Below are positions 15,495-25,339 of a stretch of DNA of 36,070 bases, piece after piece. This DNA comes from a virus (lineage: Duplodnaviria > Caudoviricetes): positions 1 to 36,070 of IMG/VR virus record IMGVR_UViG_3300020045_007532; one strand, given 5' to 3'. The notes beneath the pieces are model-generated. The model searched no databases and was not told the origin of the DNA. It was given only the letters and a program-made list of their open reading frames with translations. The position numbers were made by a program, and so were the translations under genes. Position 1 is the stretch's first letter, and each line of letters opens with the position of its first letter.

Positions 15495-15898
15495 TACTTA
15501 GCAGCAACGCCCCGGATTTTCTCGAGAGTGCGCAATCCACCGACCCCCAGCATAGCACCTAGGACATAGACTAGGGTGTCGGTGTCAACTGCTGGGGGGA
15601 GTGGCCAAGCACGAATCACAGATACCCATTGCAAGACATTGTGAATAATGGTAGCGTATAGCAACCCAAACCCACAGATCCAGCCAGTGAATGGTCTCCA
15701 TCCTGCTACGAACACGCTGGCACTTTCAGCTTCCTTGGCATTGATCTGAAGCTGCGCAAGGATAACTTGTAAGTCCCCCGCTTGGGTCATCTTCAGTAAT
15801 TCCAGTTCTGCCTCTGCTTTCTTCGCAGGGTCTGGGAACAGCCGGTCAATAAGGCCCTTGCCAAGATCAAATAACGGGGCAATAAGCAATGGGTTCAT
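15494..15898 (-). CDS. Holin-like protein (GTA-type 3TM family)
   Basis: LIDRLFPDP, WRPFTGWICG and MLGVGGLRTLEK; adjacent to the endolysin. Confidence 0.8.
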   Translation of the reverse strand: MNPLLIAPLFDLGKGLIDRLFPDPAKKAEAELELLKMTQAGDLQVILAQLQINAKEAESASVFVAGWRPFTGWICGFGLLYATIIHNVLQWVSVIRAWPLPPAVDTDTLVYVLGAMLGVGGLRTLEKIRGVAAK

Positions 15899-16374
15899 TA
15901 GTTGTCCTTCGCGGCGTACCGCAGGTTAGTAGCAATTCGTCTAGCCCAGCCACGGGAGGCGTCCGGCCAGTTCTTGAGCTTAGTCATGTACTCCAAGCGT
16001 TCGGCGTTTAACAGGAAGAGCACATCATCCGTGTTCATTTCCAGCAGCGCTGCCTTGCTAAGCGGTCCCCAATGGCCATCTTCCGCGACCCCGACCACCG
16101 CTTGCAGTTTCCGGATAGCCGTCCCAACTCCAGAGTTAACAGCAAAGTCAAACATCTGGAACTTGACCATGGACGGGGCTTCCATCAGCGGCATCCAGAA
16201 ATCCTTCATGTAAATTTCTTTGGCTCCTTCTTTGGTCAGGTTCTTGATGTCAACATGCGGGTAGCTTCGTTTACTGATACCCCAATTCGTCTCACCACCG
16301 GGGTCAGTTGGGTCATTGGCGTAACCTCCCTCGCTCCCGAGTAAACGCTGAAAGGCTTCTTCAAAGTTAATCAA
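15898..16374 (-). CDS. Endolysin, glycoside hydrolase family 108 with peptidoglycan-binding region
   Basis: EGGYANDPTDPGGETNWGI, FDFAVNSG, DGHWGP and RGWARRI; probable TTG start at 16374 after GGAGG. Confidence 0.9.
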   Translation of the reverse strand: MINFEEAFQRLLGSEGGYANDPTDPGGETNWGISKRSYPHVDIKNLTKEGAKEIYMKDFWMPLMEAPSMVKFQMFDFAVNSGVGTAIRKLQAVVGVAEDGHWGPLSKAALLEMNTDDVLFLLNAERLEYMTKLKNWPDASRGWARRIATNLRYAAKDN

Positions 16375-16595
16375 GTCAAACCTCCTCGAAGTACAAACTG
16401 CATGGCACTTGCACCAATAGCTGCAATGGCGATCCAAATAAGCTTCGAGATGTTACCATTGATTGAGTGCAGTTCATCTGTGATATTTTTCATACCTTGC
16501 TCAAGCAAGGCAATCCGTATCGAATGATCGTGATTCTGAGAGGCACGACGGTCAATCATAGCAACGTCATAAGGGCAATCTTCGGGGGTACTCAT
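16371..16595 (-). CDS. Small membrane protein of the lysis cassette (coiled coil plus C-terminal TM)
   Basis: RIALLEQGMKNI...LIWIAIAAIGASAMQFVL; coupled to the endolysin. Confidence 0.7.
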   Translation of the reverse strand: MSTPEDCPYDVAMIDRRASQNHDHSIRIALLEQGMKNITDELHSINGNISKLIWIAIAAIGASAMQFVLRGGLT

Positions 16596-18517
16596 TCAGT
16601 TCCTTGGGTTGATTTAACTAAAGCGTTTGTGGCGGCTGCTGTGGCTGTTGGGCGAAGTTTATTTATCGTAGCGGTTGTGGCGGCTTTTTTAGCTTCCTTT
16701 GCAACTTCTTTTTCCAAGATCCCTGCTACTTTTTGAGGATCTAGCATTTCCGCTGCGATCTCAATAGCCAGCTTCCTATCAATCTTGCCTTCCAATCGAC
16801 CGATAATGGCGTTGGCAATGGTCACAACGCGGCTAAGCGGGTTCGGAATCTTCCCACCACCCGTAGCACCAGATATTGACTGACTAGCCACATCCATTGC
16901 GTTGGGACCGGCTTGTGCGCCTTTTTGTGCCATCATTTCTTGGCGGGCGGTATTCGCAAGATCTTTACGGATAGACTCGACTTTAGCTACTTGATCCGGA
17001 GTCAAAACATCCGATAATTTCTCGTACCTAGGTGCACCAGTTAATGAACGCCTTATTGTCCCCGGCGCATCGCGTACAGCCCCTGCGAATGATGCGGCTC
17101 GTTGACTGGCTGTTTCATCGAGTGCTGGGACCAATTTGTCCTTCAGATATTGCCCAACTTCCATCTGGTTAATAGGCTTACTTGCTGCGGCGAATTTCAT
17201 GCGGGCTGTACCTAGGTCGGGGGACAGAAGATCGATCGTAGCAAGCAGATCATCTTTAGTTTGTAGCAACGCAGATAGCTTTTCTTTCCCGGCAGATGAC
17301 CCCATTTTGCTGGCGGCAGAAATTTGTTCATCAAGGCCCTTTTTGACCCAATTCAGTCCATCCACAGACCCAAGATCTGTGAGGTTAATATCGCGTTCCC
17401 GTGCAAGCCTAACCGCAAGTGCCCTCGCCTCTCGCATAGAAGGGCGATTCATAAGGCTTTCAACCTGCGGGGCAATAGCCTCTGCCATGGGCTGGTCGAT
17501 GCCTTGTGCTTGAGCCTTCGCAAGGCTTGCTTTATAGGCATTGCCTCTAGCAGACCTTAGAGCTTCTCGTGAAGCTTCTGTGCCTGAGATACTTGTGATA
17601 GAAGTATCCCGAGCAGCATTCCGAGCGTCATACCGAGCGAGGTAATTAGTCGGCAATACTTTTTCCGCGCTGGCTTGTAATGCACTGAACTCAGGCCGAC
17701 CAGCACTAATCGCGGCTTCCCCGGCAGTTGGCATACTCCCGGGCACAACAGGCCGGCTTGTCCGCAGCGCGTTAATGATTTCCTGCGCCTTTGGTCCGGC
17801 TGCTTCCGTGTACGCCCGCCCCTTTATCGCCGCCGAGTTAGTAAGCGGTTCAACAAGCGTACGGTAGGCTGCCTGCCCACCTTTAGTAAGTATTGGCGCA
17901 ACAGCAGGAACCCCACCACCTAGAGTAGCCCCAAGCACCGCCTGCGTACCTGACTGCCCAATGCCCGGCGTGGCTGATGGGGTAGTAGCTCCCATCCCCG
18001 CTCCGATAGCTGTACCTTGCGCGATCTTTCCACCCCAAGTAGCTGCTGGGACCATACCTTTTAGTGCAGCCCCGCCGGTAACAGCCGACCCTGCAAGCCC
18101 CAGTAAGTCTGGACCAGTTTCCCCGAGCGCGACCATCCCGCGCTTCTTTGCGGCTTCGTATTCTCCAATCTTTTCCGCTAGGTACTTCCCGAGAACCGGG
18201 TCTTTCCCCATTTTCTCAGCAAGCCAGTCACCAGCATTAGCCCCTAGTTGCGCAGCTCCGACTAATGGTGAAGCAAGACCAGCAATCATGCGGGTAGCGG
18301 GTAACCCTGCAGCTATGTCCATTGCGGAGGCCCCTGCTGTCGGCGCAGATTGTTGCGGTGTAGCGGCCGCAGAAACAGATTCTGTCGGCTGTGGGCTACC
18401 AGCTAAATGCGGATTTTGCCGGATGACTTCCTGCTGTACTTGCTCTTGTGTAGCCCCTTCAGGCCCAGTAATCTCGTAAGTCTTCCCGTCAGGCGCTGAG
18501 ATGCTATAGGTAGTCAT
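16592..18517 (-). CDS. Large DNA ejection (internal virion) protein
   Basis: 641 aa, Ala/Gly-rich and helical; third of three such genes, the position of P22 gp16. Confidence 0.7.
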   Translation of the reverse strand: MTTYSISAPDGKTYEITGPEGATQEQVQQEVIRQNPHLAGSPQPTESVSAAATPQQSAPTAGASAMDIAAGLPATRMIAGLASPLVGAAQLGANAGDWLAEKMGKDPVLGKYLAEKIGEYEAAKKRGMVALGETGPDLLGLAGSAVTGGAALKGMVPAATWGGKIAQGTAIGAGMGATTPSATPGIGQSGTQAVLGATLGGGVPAVAPILTKGGQAAYRTLVEPLTNSAAIKGRAYTEAAGPKAQEIINALRTSRPVVPGSMPTAGEAAISAGRPEFSALQASAEKVLPTNYLARYDARNAARDTSITSISGTEASREALRSARGNAYKASLAKAQAQGIDQPMAEAIAPQVESLMNRPSMREARALAVRLARERDINLTDLGSVDGLNWVKKGLDEQISAASKMGSSAGKEKLSALLQTKDDLLATIDLLSPDLGTARMKFAAASKPINQMEVGQYLKDKLVPALDETASQRAASFAGAVRDAPGTIRRSLTGAPRYEKLSDVLTPDQVAKVESIRKDLANTARQEMMAQKGAQAGPNAMDVASQSISGATGGGKIPNPLSRVVTIANAIIGRLEGKIDRKLAIEIAAEMLDPQKVAGILEKEVAKEAKKAATTATINKLRPTATAAATNALVKSTQGTE

Positions 18518-19839
18518 TTAGCCACCGCCTTCCCCCAACCACTTGTTGGGGCTGAAGTTGACTGTGCTGCTTGCGGGGTCCCAGCGCGGTAGTCGTAGGT
18601 GGTGTCATAAGCATCCTGAACACGCCCTCGGGACCCCTTCAACTCCATAATCGCATCATCAATAGCTTTCTGGAAGCTCTTTGTATCTTGCGTGGGGTCG
18701 AGTGCTGCAAATGCTTGCCGCAGGTACTTGCCTTCAGTGTCGGAGATGTTACCCAAGGCACCACCCGTCGGGGACGCAGCTCGCATAGCAGCAAGTTCGG
18801 AGAATCCGCCACGAGCCATGATCTTATCAAACTTCGCTTTCGCCTCTCGTGCTTCCGAAGTAATGTTCGGGGTACGCCCGCCGACAAGTCCGGTCATGCC
18901 ATCAAGACCCTTATGCCCCTTAAGGTCTTCGAGGTCCTTGATTAGCTGATCTTGCGTAGCAATGGTCTCCTTGACCGCGGCTGTTGCTGCAGGGTATTTC
19001 GCCTCGCGCTTTTGGATTTCCTTAGCTGGTAAACCTTCCAGCCCTGCGGCGGGTGTCATCCGATTCCCAATAGCTTCATCCCGGCTAACATATACCTGCT
19101 TACCAGTTACCGGGTCCACAACCGCAACAGGAGGCTGCTCAGGCCGAGGCTGTGCCGGCGCACGACCAGCAAAAGCAATCTGTGCCTTCTGTGCTACCAC
19201 ATCTGCGGGGAGCGGCACATCAGCGTAAGTTCCAATAGTAGTTGGGGTACCACCGAATGCTGGAGTTTGGACAAGCGACTTAACACCAGACTGATCTATA
19301 ACGTTAGTCGTGGGTTTCAATTCCCCAGGGCTTGCACCTTGCCTGAGCATATGCGTGACACGCTGCTCTGGAGTCATGCGCATCATATGGTCTAGACTAG
19401 CGGTGGCTTGCTCTGGGTCCATGAAGCCCTTACGCACGGCATCCTGTGTCCAGGCGATCACATTCTCATCCGAAGGGTTGTCTGCAATATCTCGCAAACC
19501 TTGACTTAGGAATTTACGACGAGCATCGGCAACTTCAACTTCTGTCTTTTGGCCGAGCAACTTAGCCTTCGAAGCTTCCTGTTGCAACTTCCCAAACGCA
19601 AATCCGGTCTTGGGATTAATCCGTGCTACCTGTGCAAGGTAGTCAGCAGCAGCGGGGTCAAGTTGGCGCAGCTGGTTTTGCTCAGCAAGTCCCCGCTGAT
19701 ATTCATCCATCTTCATTAAGTTCAACTGGTTAGCTTGTCGCCCCTGTTCCAGTTGCTGCACCCGAGCATACTGTTCAAACGGGTCCGGCATAGCTTTAGA
19801 CTGAAATCCCTGGGCGATGAGTGCGTTAAGGTCAGCCAT
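18514..19839 (-). CDS. DNA ejection protein (P22 gp20 position)
   Basis: Q/A-rich; C-terminal GGALGNISDTEG motif; synteny. Confidence 0.7.
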   Translation of the reverse strand: MADLNALIAQGFQSKAMPDPFEQYARVQQLEQGRQANQLNLMKMDEYQRGLAEQNQLRQLDPAAADYLAQVARINPKTGFAFGKLQQEASKAKLLGQKTEVEVADARRKFLSQGLRDIADNPSDENVIAWTQDAVRKGFMDPEQATASLDHMMRMTPEQRVTHMLRQGASPGELKPTTNVIDQSGVKSLVQTPAFGGTPTTIGTYADVPLPADVVAQKAQIAFAGRAPAQPRPEQPPVAVVDPVTGKQVYVSRDEAIGNRMTPAAGLEGLPAKEIQKREAKYPAATAAVKETIATQDQLIKDLEDLKGHKGLDGMTGLVGGRTPNITSEAREAKAKFDKIMARGGFSELAAMRAASPTGGALGNISDTEGKYLRQAFAALDPTQDTKSFQKAIDDAIMELKGSRGRVQDAYDTTYDYRAGTPQAAQSTSAPTSGWGKAVAK

Positions 19840-19841
19840 GA

Positions 19842-20564
19842 TTAATATCCCCCCCCCGGTTGCATTGGGATAACTGGTTGCTGCTGAGTATTAAGCCAGT
19901 TATTGAAGTTTTGCTGGTTCTGATAGGCACTGGCGGCACTGGTCAAGCCATTAGCTATCGTGTTTCCGACACCAAGTTGTCCTGCAGCAGTAGCCTGCCC
20001 AGCTGCCATGTAAGCATTACCCGCATTTTGTCCATACGCCCCTGCAGCAGAACCTTGGTTACTCGCAGCCGACTGGCCTGATGCCATCAAGTTGCCCAGC
20101 GGCTGGAGTTGGTTCGTACGGTTTGTCTGGTAACGATTGAAGGCGTTTTGGTACTCCTGCGAGCCCATTTCCTGACCGTACTGAGTCGCCGCTTTCAGTG
20201 CACCACCGGATATTAACCCACCACGAGCTGCTGCTTGCCGGTCAAGCCCCTTCAGCCCTTCAGAAAGCCGGAAGGTATAACCGGGATCCTGTTGGAAGTC
20301 CTGCATGCTGAAGTCTTTGGAGTACTTTCCATAATTCGCTGCACTCGCATCCCCACCAAGCCCAAGCAACTCCATCAAGCGATTTTGTCCAGTAAGCCCA
20401 GCCTGTCGGTAGGGTTCTTGCAGCCTCATCTGCTCATCAAACATCTCCTTTTGGAGTGCAGCAGACCTATCGGCAGATGCCGCCTGTGTGTCTGCTGCGT
20501 TACCCGCAGAAGCCGCGCCGATAAGCGAGCTTCCTACTACTGCACCTGCGACCCAAAAAGTCAT
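19842..20564 (-). CDS. DNA ejection/pilot protein (P22 gp7-like)
   Basis: Hydrophobic G/A-rich N-terminus; DPGYTFRL...AAARGGL.SG motif. Confidence 0.75.
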   Translation of the reverse strand: MTFWVAGAVVGSSLIGAASAGNAADTQAASADRSAALQKEMFDEQMRLQEPYRQAGLTGQNRLMELLGLGGDASAANYGKYSKDFSMQDFQQDPGYTFRLSEGLKGLDRQAAARGGLISGGALKAATQYGQEMGSQEYQNAFNRYQTNRTNQLQPLGNLMASGQSAASNQGSAAGAYGQNAGNAYMAAGQATAAGQLGVGNTIANGLTSAASAYQNQQNFNNWLNTQQQPVIPMQPGGGY

Positions 20565-20995
20565 GATAGTACTCCTTCTTTAACTTTGTTTCCAGGTAAA
20601 TACATATCCCGGCTATCTTCCTCAACCAGTTCCTGCTCAGCTTCTTCTACGGACATAGCAGCCAGTACATGAAAGGTCATACATAGCGCGTCTGTTTCAG
20701 CGAAGACTGCCCGTTTGGTTCCGGGCTTACTGCTAAACAGATGCGGACCAGTAATACGTTGTACGCCATCATCTGTAGTGATAAGAATAGTCCCAAAAAC
20801 AACCAAATAGAAATGCTCTTTCTTATGTACTTTACCTACCACAAGAACCCCCGCAGGTCGCCAAACTTGCCTGCAGTACATGCCTGCATGAAAGGTATGT
20901 GTAGTTTCCGGCTCGTACTGCGGGAGCTTCGATACAGCCTCTTGTAAATGCAAAATTCGCTGTGGCATCCCCACGTTCGTGGCTACTTGGTTCAT
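20561..20995 (-). CDS. Cupin-fold virion-module protein
   Basis: HTFHAGMYCR...GKVHKKEH...PGTKR...H. Confidence 0.7.
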   Translation of the reverse strand: MNQVATNVGMPQRILHLQEAVSKLPQYEPETTHTFHAGMYCRQVWRPAGVLVVGKVHKKEHFYLVVFGTILITTDDGVQRITGPHLFSSKPGTKRAVFAETDALCMTFHVLAAMSVEEAEQELVEEDSRDMYLPGNKVKEGVLS

Positions 20996-21327
20996 GTTAT
21001 TTCCCGCCCGCTTGCACGGATGTTTATTGAAGCCCCAGCACTAGCTAATGTGCTGATGAATCCTCCAGGGGCTAGGACATGCCCGACTAGTTCGGGGAAG
21101 GTGTACACTTCCGAAGGCTGTAGGGTTTTCGCCTTGGTGATCAGGTTCGAGTCCTCGGCAGATCCCGCGCTTGTAGCGAGGTTTACGGAGATGGCTGCGG
21201 CAGCCACACTGTAATTCGTCGCTGTGAATTTATCCAGGATTGCTGTCACACCGTTAGCTATATACTGTGTAGTTTGTAGAGCCTCTACAGTCTTTGCAGG
21301 GATCAACGGTTTTGTGATGACTGTCAT
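20992..21327 (-). CDS. Small virion structural protein
   Basis: 111 aa, beta-rich, GGAG RBS, inside the tail cluster. Confidence 0.7.
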   Translation of the reverse strand: MTVITKPLIPAKTVEALQTTQYIANGVTAILDKFTATNYSVAAAAISVNLATSAGSAEDSNLITKAKTLQPSEVYTFPELVGHVLAPGGFISTLASAGASINIRASGREIT

Positions 21328-21336
21328 AGGGACTCC

Positions 21337-22557
21337 TTAAAGTGTGATATTTGTGATTATGCCATCAACAACTGTGACAGTCTTTAAATCAACTGTTGTA
21401 AAGGTACCGGTGGCCCCTACAGTGCTTATCCCCATAGTACCGTCTGGATTCACTGTGATCGCGATATGCGCGCCTGCATATATCGCATTTGATACTGTAA
21501 CAGAGCCCGCACCATTACTCACAGCAATGCCGACCCCTGCTGTGAGTAATGCAGTCGTAAAATCGGTACCATTACCAATCAACATACCACCATTACCCGG
21601 CGTGCCAGCACCTGCCCCAATGATAGCTGCGCGGGCTTCCGTAGGGGTAGCGTTTTGCCAACGGGCATTTGCCCCATTGTAAACAACTGTGTGCTTATCC
21701 GCCACGGAAGTAATACTCACATCACCCTCAAAGTCCCCAAAGCGACCACCATAAGCTGGGCGAACAAATAGGGAGCCTGCGGAAGCATGGGCCTTTACTA
21801 CAGCTGCGACCACAACCTTCGGATTCGGGGCAGTCGGGACTACTTTAGTCAGCCCACCAGTGGTAGCTGGGTTAAGATATAGAATCTGACCGTCGACCCA
21901 AGCCTCTGCGCCCCCGGAAGTATCAACACCGCGAACCACGCCGAAGCAGGTAATATATCCCCAACTATTGAGCGCGATTGATTCTGTTGCCACGCCCATA
22001 ACATATAGTGCAGTCGCGGGGGTTAGCCCAGTAGCAGGTGCGGCAGTTACTGCACCTGAAGCCCCAACGGTGCCTGTGAACATAACTACCTGCCCGTCCG
22101 TGATGGCTGCACTGGCTTTGACCCGGAAGAATGTCTCCTCCCCTACTTGCATGGTAGTAGTGCCATTAGCCATTACAACGGATAGCGTCTGATTTCCGTC
22201 AGCCTTATCCCAATAGACTGTCCCTGGGGTGCTACTCGGAATCCCATCAGGTGTGGTATCCATTGTGAAGTGCGGGACACTATTTTGCTGCAGCATGCCC
22301 ATCGTGCCTAGTGGTAGCGGGGGCAATTCCTCAAGCCCTTGGACTTGCTTTTGAAGCTCAGTGATCTGCTCAGTCTGTGCAGCACTTTGCGGTTGCGCTT
22401 CAATAAGTGCTTCCAGTTCAGCTGTTGTAAGGTCACTAGCCCCACCGCCAGTTAATGTGAAAATGTTGTTGAACCAGCGATACCATTCGCGAGTAACCAG
22501 TCCTGTCTGCAAGTCCAGCAGCGGAACACGGGGCGCTGGAAGGTTGCTAATGTTCAT
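21337..22557 (-). CDS. Tail-associated (needle/fibre-like) protein
   Basis: PAPRVPL...REWYRWF N-terminus, short coiled coil, then G/T/A-rich beta regions; directly follows the gp10-like gene. Confidence 0.65.
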   Translation of the reverse strand: MNISNLPAPRVPLLDLQTGLVTREWYRWFNNIFTLTGGGASDLTTAELEALIEAQPQSAAQTEQITELQKQVQGLEELPPLPLGTMGMLQQNSVPHFTMDTTPDGIPSSTPGTVYWDKADGNQTLSVVMANGTTTMQVGEETFFRVKASAAITDGQVVMFTGTVGASGAVTAAPATGLTPATALYVMGVATESIALNSWGYITCFGVVRGVDTSGGAEAWVDGQILYLNPATTGGLTKVVPTAPNPKVVVAAVVKAHASAGSLFVRPAYGGRFGDFEGDVSITSVADKHTVVYNGANARWQNATPTEARAAIIGAGAGTPGNGGMLIGNGTDFTTALLTAGVGIAVSNGAGSVTVSNAIYAGAHIAITVNPDGTMGISTVGATGTFTTVDLKTVTVVDGIITNITL

Positions 22558-24080
22558 GCTTTTGTCCCTGACACAACTAGTTCCGCACCGAGTAGGGTGA
22601 TCTTCACAGGGTCTGTTCCGGAAACTTCATAAACACGGTCACGTAACTTGGTGGTCATACCAAGCCTACGCCAGATTACCCGCTGGGCGTGCTCCCCAAA
22701 TTTACCAGTTGGTTTCCAGTGTTCGTTACTCCAAGTATGTCCACCATCATCGGACCAGCGGAGCATTACTTGCGGGTCAAGGCCTTCTGTAACGTCTGAA
22801 GTAGTGATGAAATACCGCTGGGTGGTGAAGTCTAAATCTAAGTTGCGAGGGTCCTCAATACCGGGATCTGTGCCGCCGCTCAGTCCAGTTCCACTTTCCA
22901 TATCAAGCTGCAAGGAATGCTGCGTTGTACGCAGTAGCGTATTGCTCTTAGTGGGGAGTGCCCGCCAAGAGCGCAGCCATTTCTGAACTTGCCCATCATC
23001 AGCAAATACATCTAGATCCAGCGCATAGAGCTTACCAGATTCATAATCACCGACAACGGATGTGTTGGAAACATTACAATGACAATTAGACCTATGCCGG
23101 GTAAACGTGCCATCGCTATACCCAGCCCGTTCATGCCAAACATCCGTCGATACATCGTAAACCCAAGTGGCGTTCGCAGTCGGAAAAGTCAAGACATAGA
23201 AAGTATGACCCTCTTGTTGGTAGGAATAAGCAATAGCGTCTGCAATGTAGGAATACTGCTGGATGGCATACTCAATGGCATGAGTGGAGATGCGCCTGCC
23301 CGTATAACCTTGGCTTTTATATACGATGCCCTGCCCACGAGGGTCGGCCCCGAGCCAGAACAGGGTGTTATCAAGCTTGGCCACTGAGTACCTTGCGGCA
23401 AGGCCAATCTCATTTAGCGCCCCCTGGATTCTTGCGAAAGGGAAACCGGAGAGTGCCGCGTTATACCAAACTTCGACCGTATTATTACCGAACACCCATA
23501 GCTCATTATGGTCAGCTGCCACAGCAACAACCCCGTCAGGAAAGCCTTCGGCACTTGCAAAATCAAGTGCATCAACCTCAGTGCCTTCAAGTAAACTCGT
23601 GGCCCAGATAAACTGTGTATCTGGTTGGTTGAAAATAAAATACCCGTCGATATAGCAAACAGTCCCAGCTCCCGGAAAGTCAGGATCAGTGATAGCACTG
23701 AACGTACCTGCAGATTCGTCGTAAATATAACTAGGCCCATTACGTGCGATAAACAGTTGACGACCATTATACGCAATCGACACAGGACCATAGCCCGGTA
23801 TGAGACCTAGTTGCACCGGTGTACTAGTCAGTCCGGTAAGCTTGTATAATACTATGCCCGACACAACATAAATCACTGGACCATTGTTCTCATGCGCGTA
23901 CAACCCCCGAATAGGACCAGTACCAACAGTTTGAAGATATCGCAAGCCAGGGGCACGGTTCAGAAATCCGGGTTCCTTCCCCCCTTCAGGAATTGCTTCC
24001 GGGAACAAGTTTATACAGCGGTTATCCGCAGCATTAACACTACGCGCGACGTAGCTGGCTCCGAGGAATGGGGTTTTCAT
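22554..24080 (-). CDS. Tail hub/DNA stabilisation protein (P22 gp10-like)
   Basis: INLFPE, DGYFIFN, QEGHTFYVLTFP...WVYD...WHER and MLRWSDDGGHTW. Confidence 0.85.
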   Translation of the reverse strand: MKTPFLGASYVARSVNAADNRCINLFPEAIPEGGKEPGFLNRAPGLRYLQTVGTGPIRGLYAHENNGPVIYVVSGIVLYKLTGLTSTPVQLGLIPGYGPVSIAYNGRQLFIARNGPSYIYDESAGTFSAITDPDFPGAGTVCYIDGYFIFNQPDTQFIWATSLLEGTEVDALDFASAEGFPDGVVAVAADHNELWVFGNNTVEVWYNAALSGFPFARIQGALNEIGLAARYSVAKLDNTLFWLGADPRGQGIVYKSQGYTGRRISTHAIEYAIQQYSYIADAIAYSYQQEGHTFYVLTFPTANATWVYDVSTDVWHERAGYSDGTFTRHRSNCHCNVSNTSVVGDYESGKLYALDLDVFADDGQVQKWLRSWRALPTKSNTLLRTTQHSLQLDMESGTGLSGGTDPGIEDPRNLDLDFTTQRYFITTSDVTEGLDPQVMLRWSDDGGHTWSNEHWKPTGKFGEHAQRVIWRRLGMTTKLRDRVYEVSGTDPVKITLLGAELVVSGTKA

Positions 24081-24793
24081 CAGTAATTCCCAGCGTAGAC
24101 ATTAAACCGCTGCCGTGTAGCTACAATCGAGTAGGGCAGGGACATGATATCACCAGTCGCATTGATCCGCTTAATGTTTCGCTTACTACTCATAGCGATA
24201 CGCTTGACTTGCGGGGAAGGTTCCACACCAAATTCAGCAGCTACTTCCATTGCGAGGTTGTAACGAAATGCACGAAGGTAGCCAGGGGGAAACAACAAGA
24301 CTGTGTTTAGTAACGCTGGTTGGGCCAGTTCGGTCACGGAAATAAAGTGCCACTCCAAATCCCTAGTTGGCTTGGGGTATATGGTCATGGAGACATCCGG
24401 ATTCTCCATATTGATCCAAAGTACTTGAGGATAGGTACTGGAGACGGTCTTAACAGCGATACCATCGTACTGCTGTTGATTTATCATCTTGATCCCGAAC
24501 GACACATTTGTTGCTGGGTCACGATAGTAAGTGGAATCATCCAACTGCACTGGCCGATTCCCAATAAAATCCCCCGAAGGACCTAAGCTTTGAGTAATCT
24601 GGCCAGCTGGCCACGTGAACACTTGATCTTGTGTGTTGAAAACGGAAAGCCGCTCAGTGCTCCAAGAATCCAGCATTTGATTCATAGCAGACAACGCATC
24701 GGAAGCCGTTTCAGCGGAAGGGGTTTCACCCTCAGCCAGCATGCCGATCAAGCGTAAAGCGCCATTGATTTGGTCACCGGCAGTAGTTGCCAT
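24080..24793 (-). CDS. Head-tail adaptor (P22 gp4-like)
   Basis: INGALRLIG...MNQMLDSW and PPGYLRAFRYNLAMEVAAEFG; synteny. Confidence 0.8.
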   Translation of the reverse strand: MATTAGDQINGALRLIGMLAEGETPSAETASDALSAMNQMLDSWSTERLSVFNTQDQVFTWPAGQITQSLGPSGDFIGNRPVQLDDSTYYRDPATNVSFGIKMINQQQYDGIAVKTVSSTYPQVLWINMENPDVSMTIYPKPTRDLEWHFISVTELAQPALLNTVLLFPPGYLRAFRYNLAMEVAAEFGVEPSPQVKRIAMSSKRNIKRINATGDIMSLPYSIVATRQRFNVYAGNY

Positions 24794-24815
24794 TGGAACT
24801 CCTTGAAAATCCTAC

Positions 24816-24856
24816 AAAACACCGGGGGATTATCAGATAGTAATCCCCTGGTGTTT
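24816..24856 (-). terminator. Terminator after the capsid and decoration genes
   Basis: On the - strand CACCAGGGGATTA...TAATCCCCCGGTG followed by TTTT. Confidence 0.75.
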
Positions 24857-24872
24857 GATACTAACCTTTCAC

Positions 24873-25283
24873 TTACGCGATGCGATACGCAGTCCAGGCA
24901 GCTGCCCCGGTCTTACGAAAACGCCACTGACCGGAGGAACCAGCTGCGGCAGTTGGCAAAGTAGCCAGCCCGACCAAAGTAATGCCAGTTCCAACAGCAA
25001 CCGTAATCACGCCAGTGCTAGTACCAATGTTGACAACCACCAAATCAAAAGTGCTGCCCACCTTTGCATTCACCATAACTGCATCAATCGCAGCTGCAGT
25101 GGGAAGGGTGTAGGTAGCTGCAGTCGTGGAGGGGTTGCCTACCAAGATGCCACCAAGGGTTTGTGCAGTGGTGAGTGTAGCAGTGGCCGTGGCTGTCTGC
25201 ACATCACCTTGTACATCAAGTTGACGCTCATTCAAATTACCATCACCGTGCTGATTGCCGCCGCCAATAGAAGGAAGTGCCAT
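24873..25283 (-). CDS. Probable capsid decoration protein
   Basis: 136 aa, T/A-rich, YTLPTAAAID; immediately after the coat gene. Confidence 0.65.
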   Translation of the reverse strand: MALPSIGGGNQHGDGNLNERQLDVQGDVQTATATATLTTAQTLGGILVGNPSTTAATYTLPTAAAIDAVMVNAKVGSTFDLVVVNIGTSTGVITVAVGTGITLVGLATLPTAAAGSSGQWRFRKTGAAAWTAYRIA

Positions 25284-25299
25284 GATATATATCCTTGAA

Positions 25300-25334
25300 A
25301 ATTAAAAATAAAGTAAACAAGAGGCCGAAGCCTC
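25300..25334 (-). terminator. Partial terminator after the coat gene
   Basis: GAGGC-TTCG-GCCTC followed by TTGTTTACTTTATTTTT on the - strand. Confidence 0.65.
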
Positions 25335-25339
25335 TCAGC

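Noticed and set aside
16375-16437. Cys-rich N-terminal extension of the endolysin
   Set aside because: It overlaps the upstream membrane gene; GGAGG plus TTG at 16374 gives a normal GH108 start.
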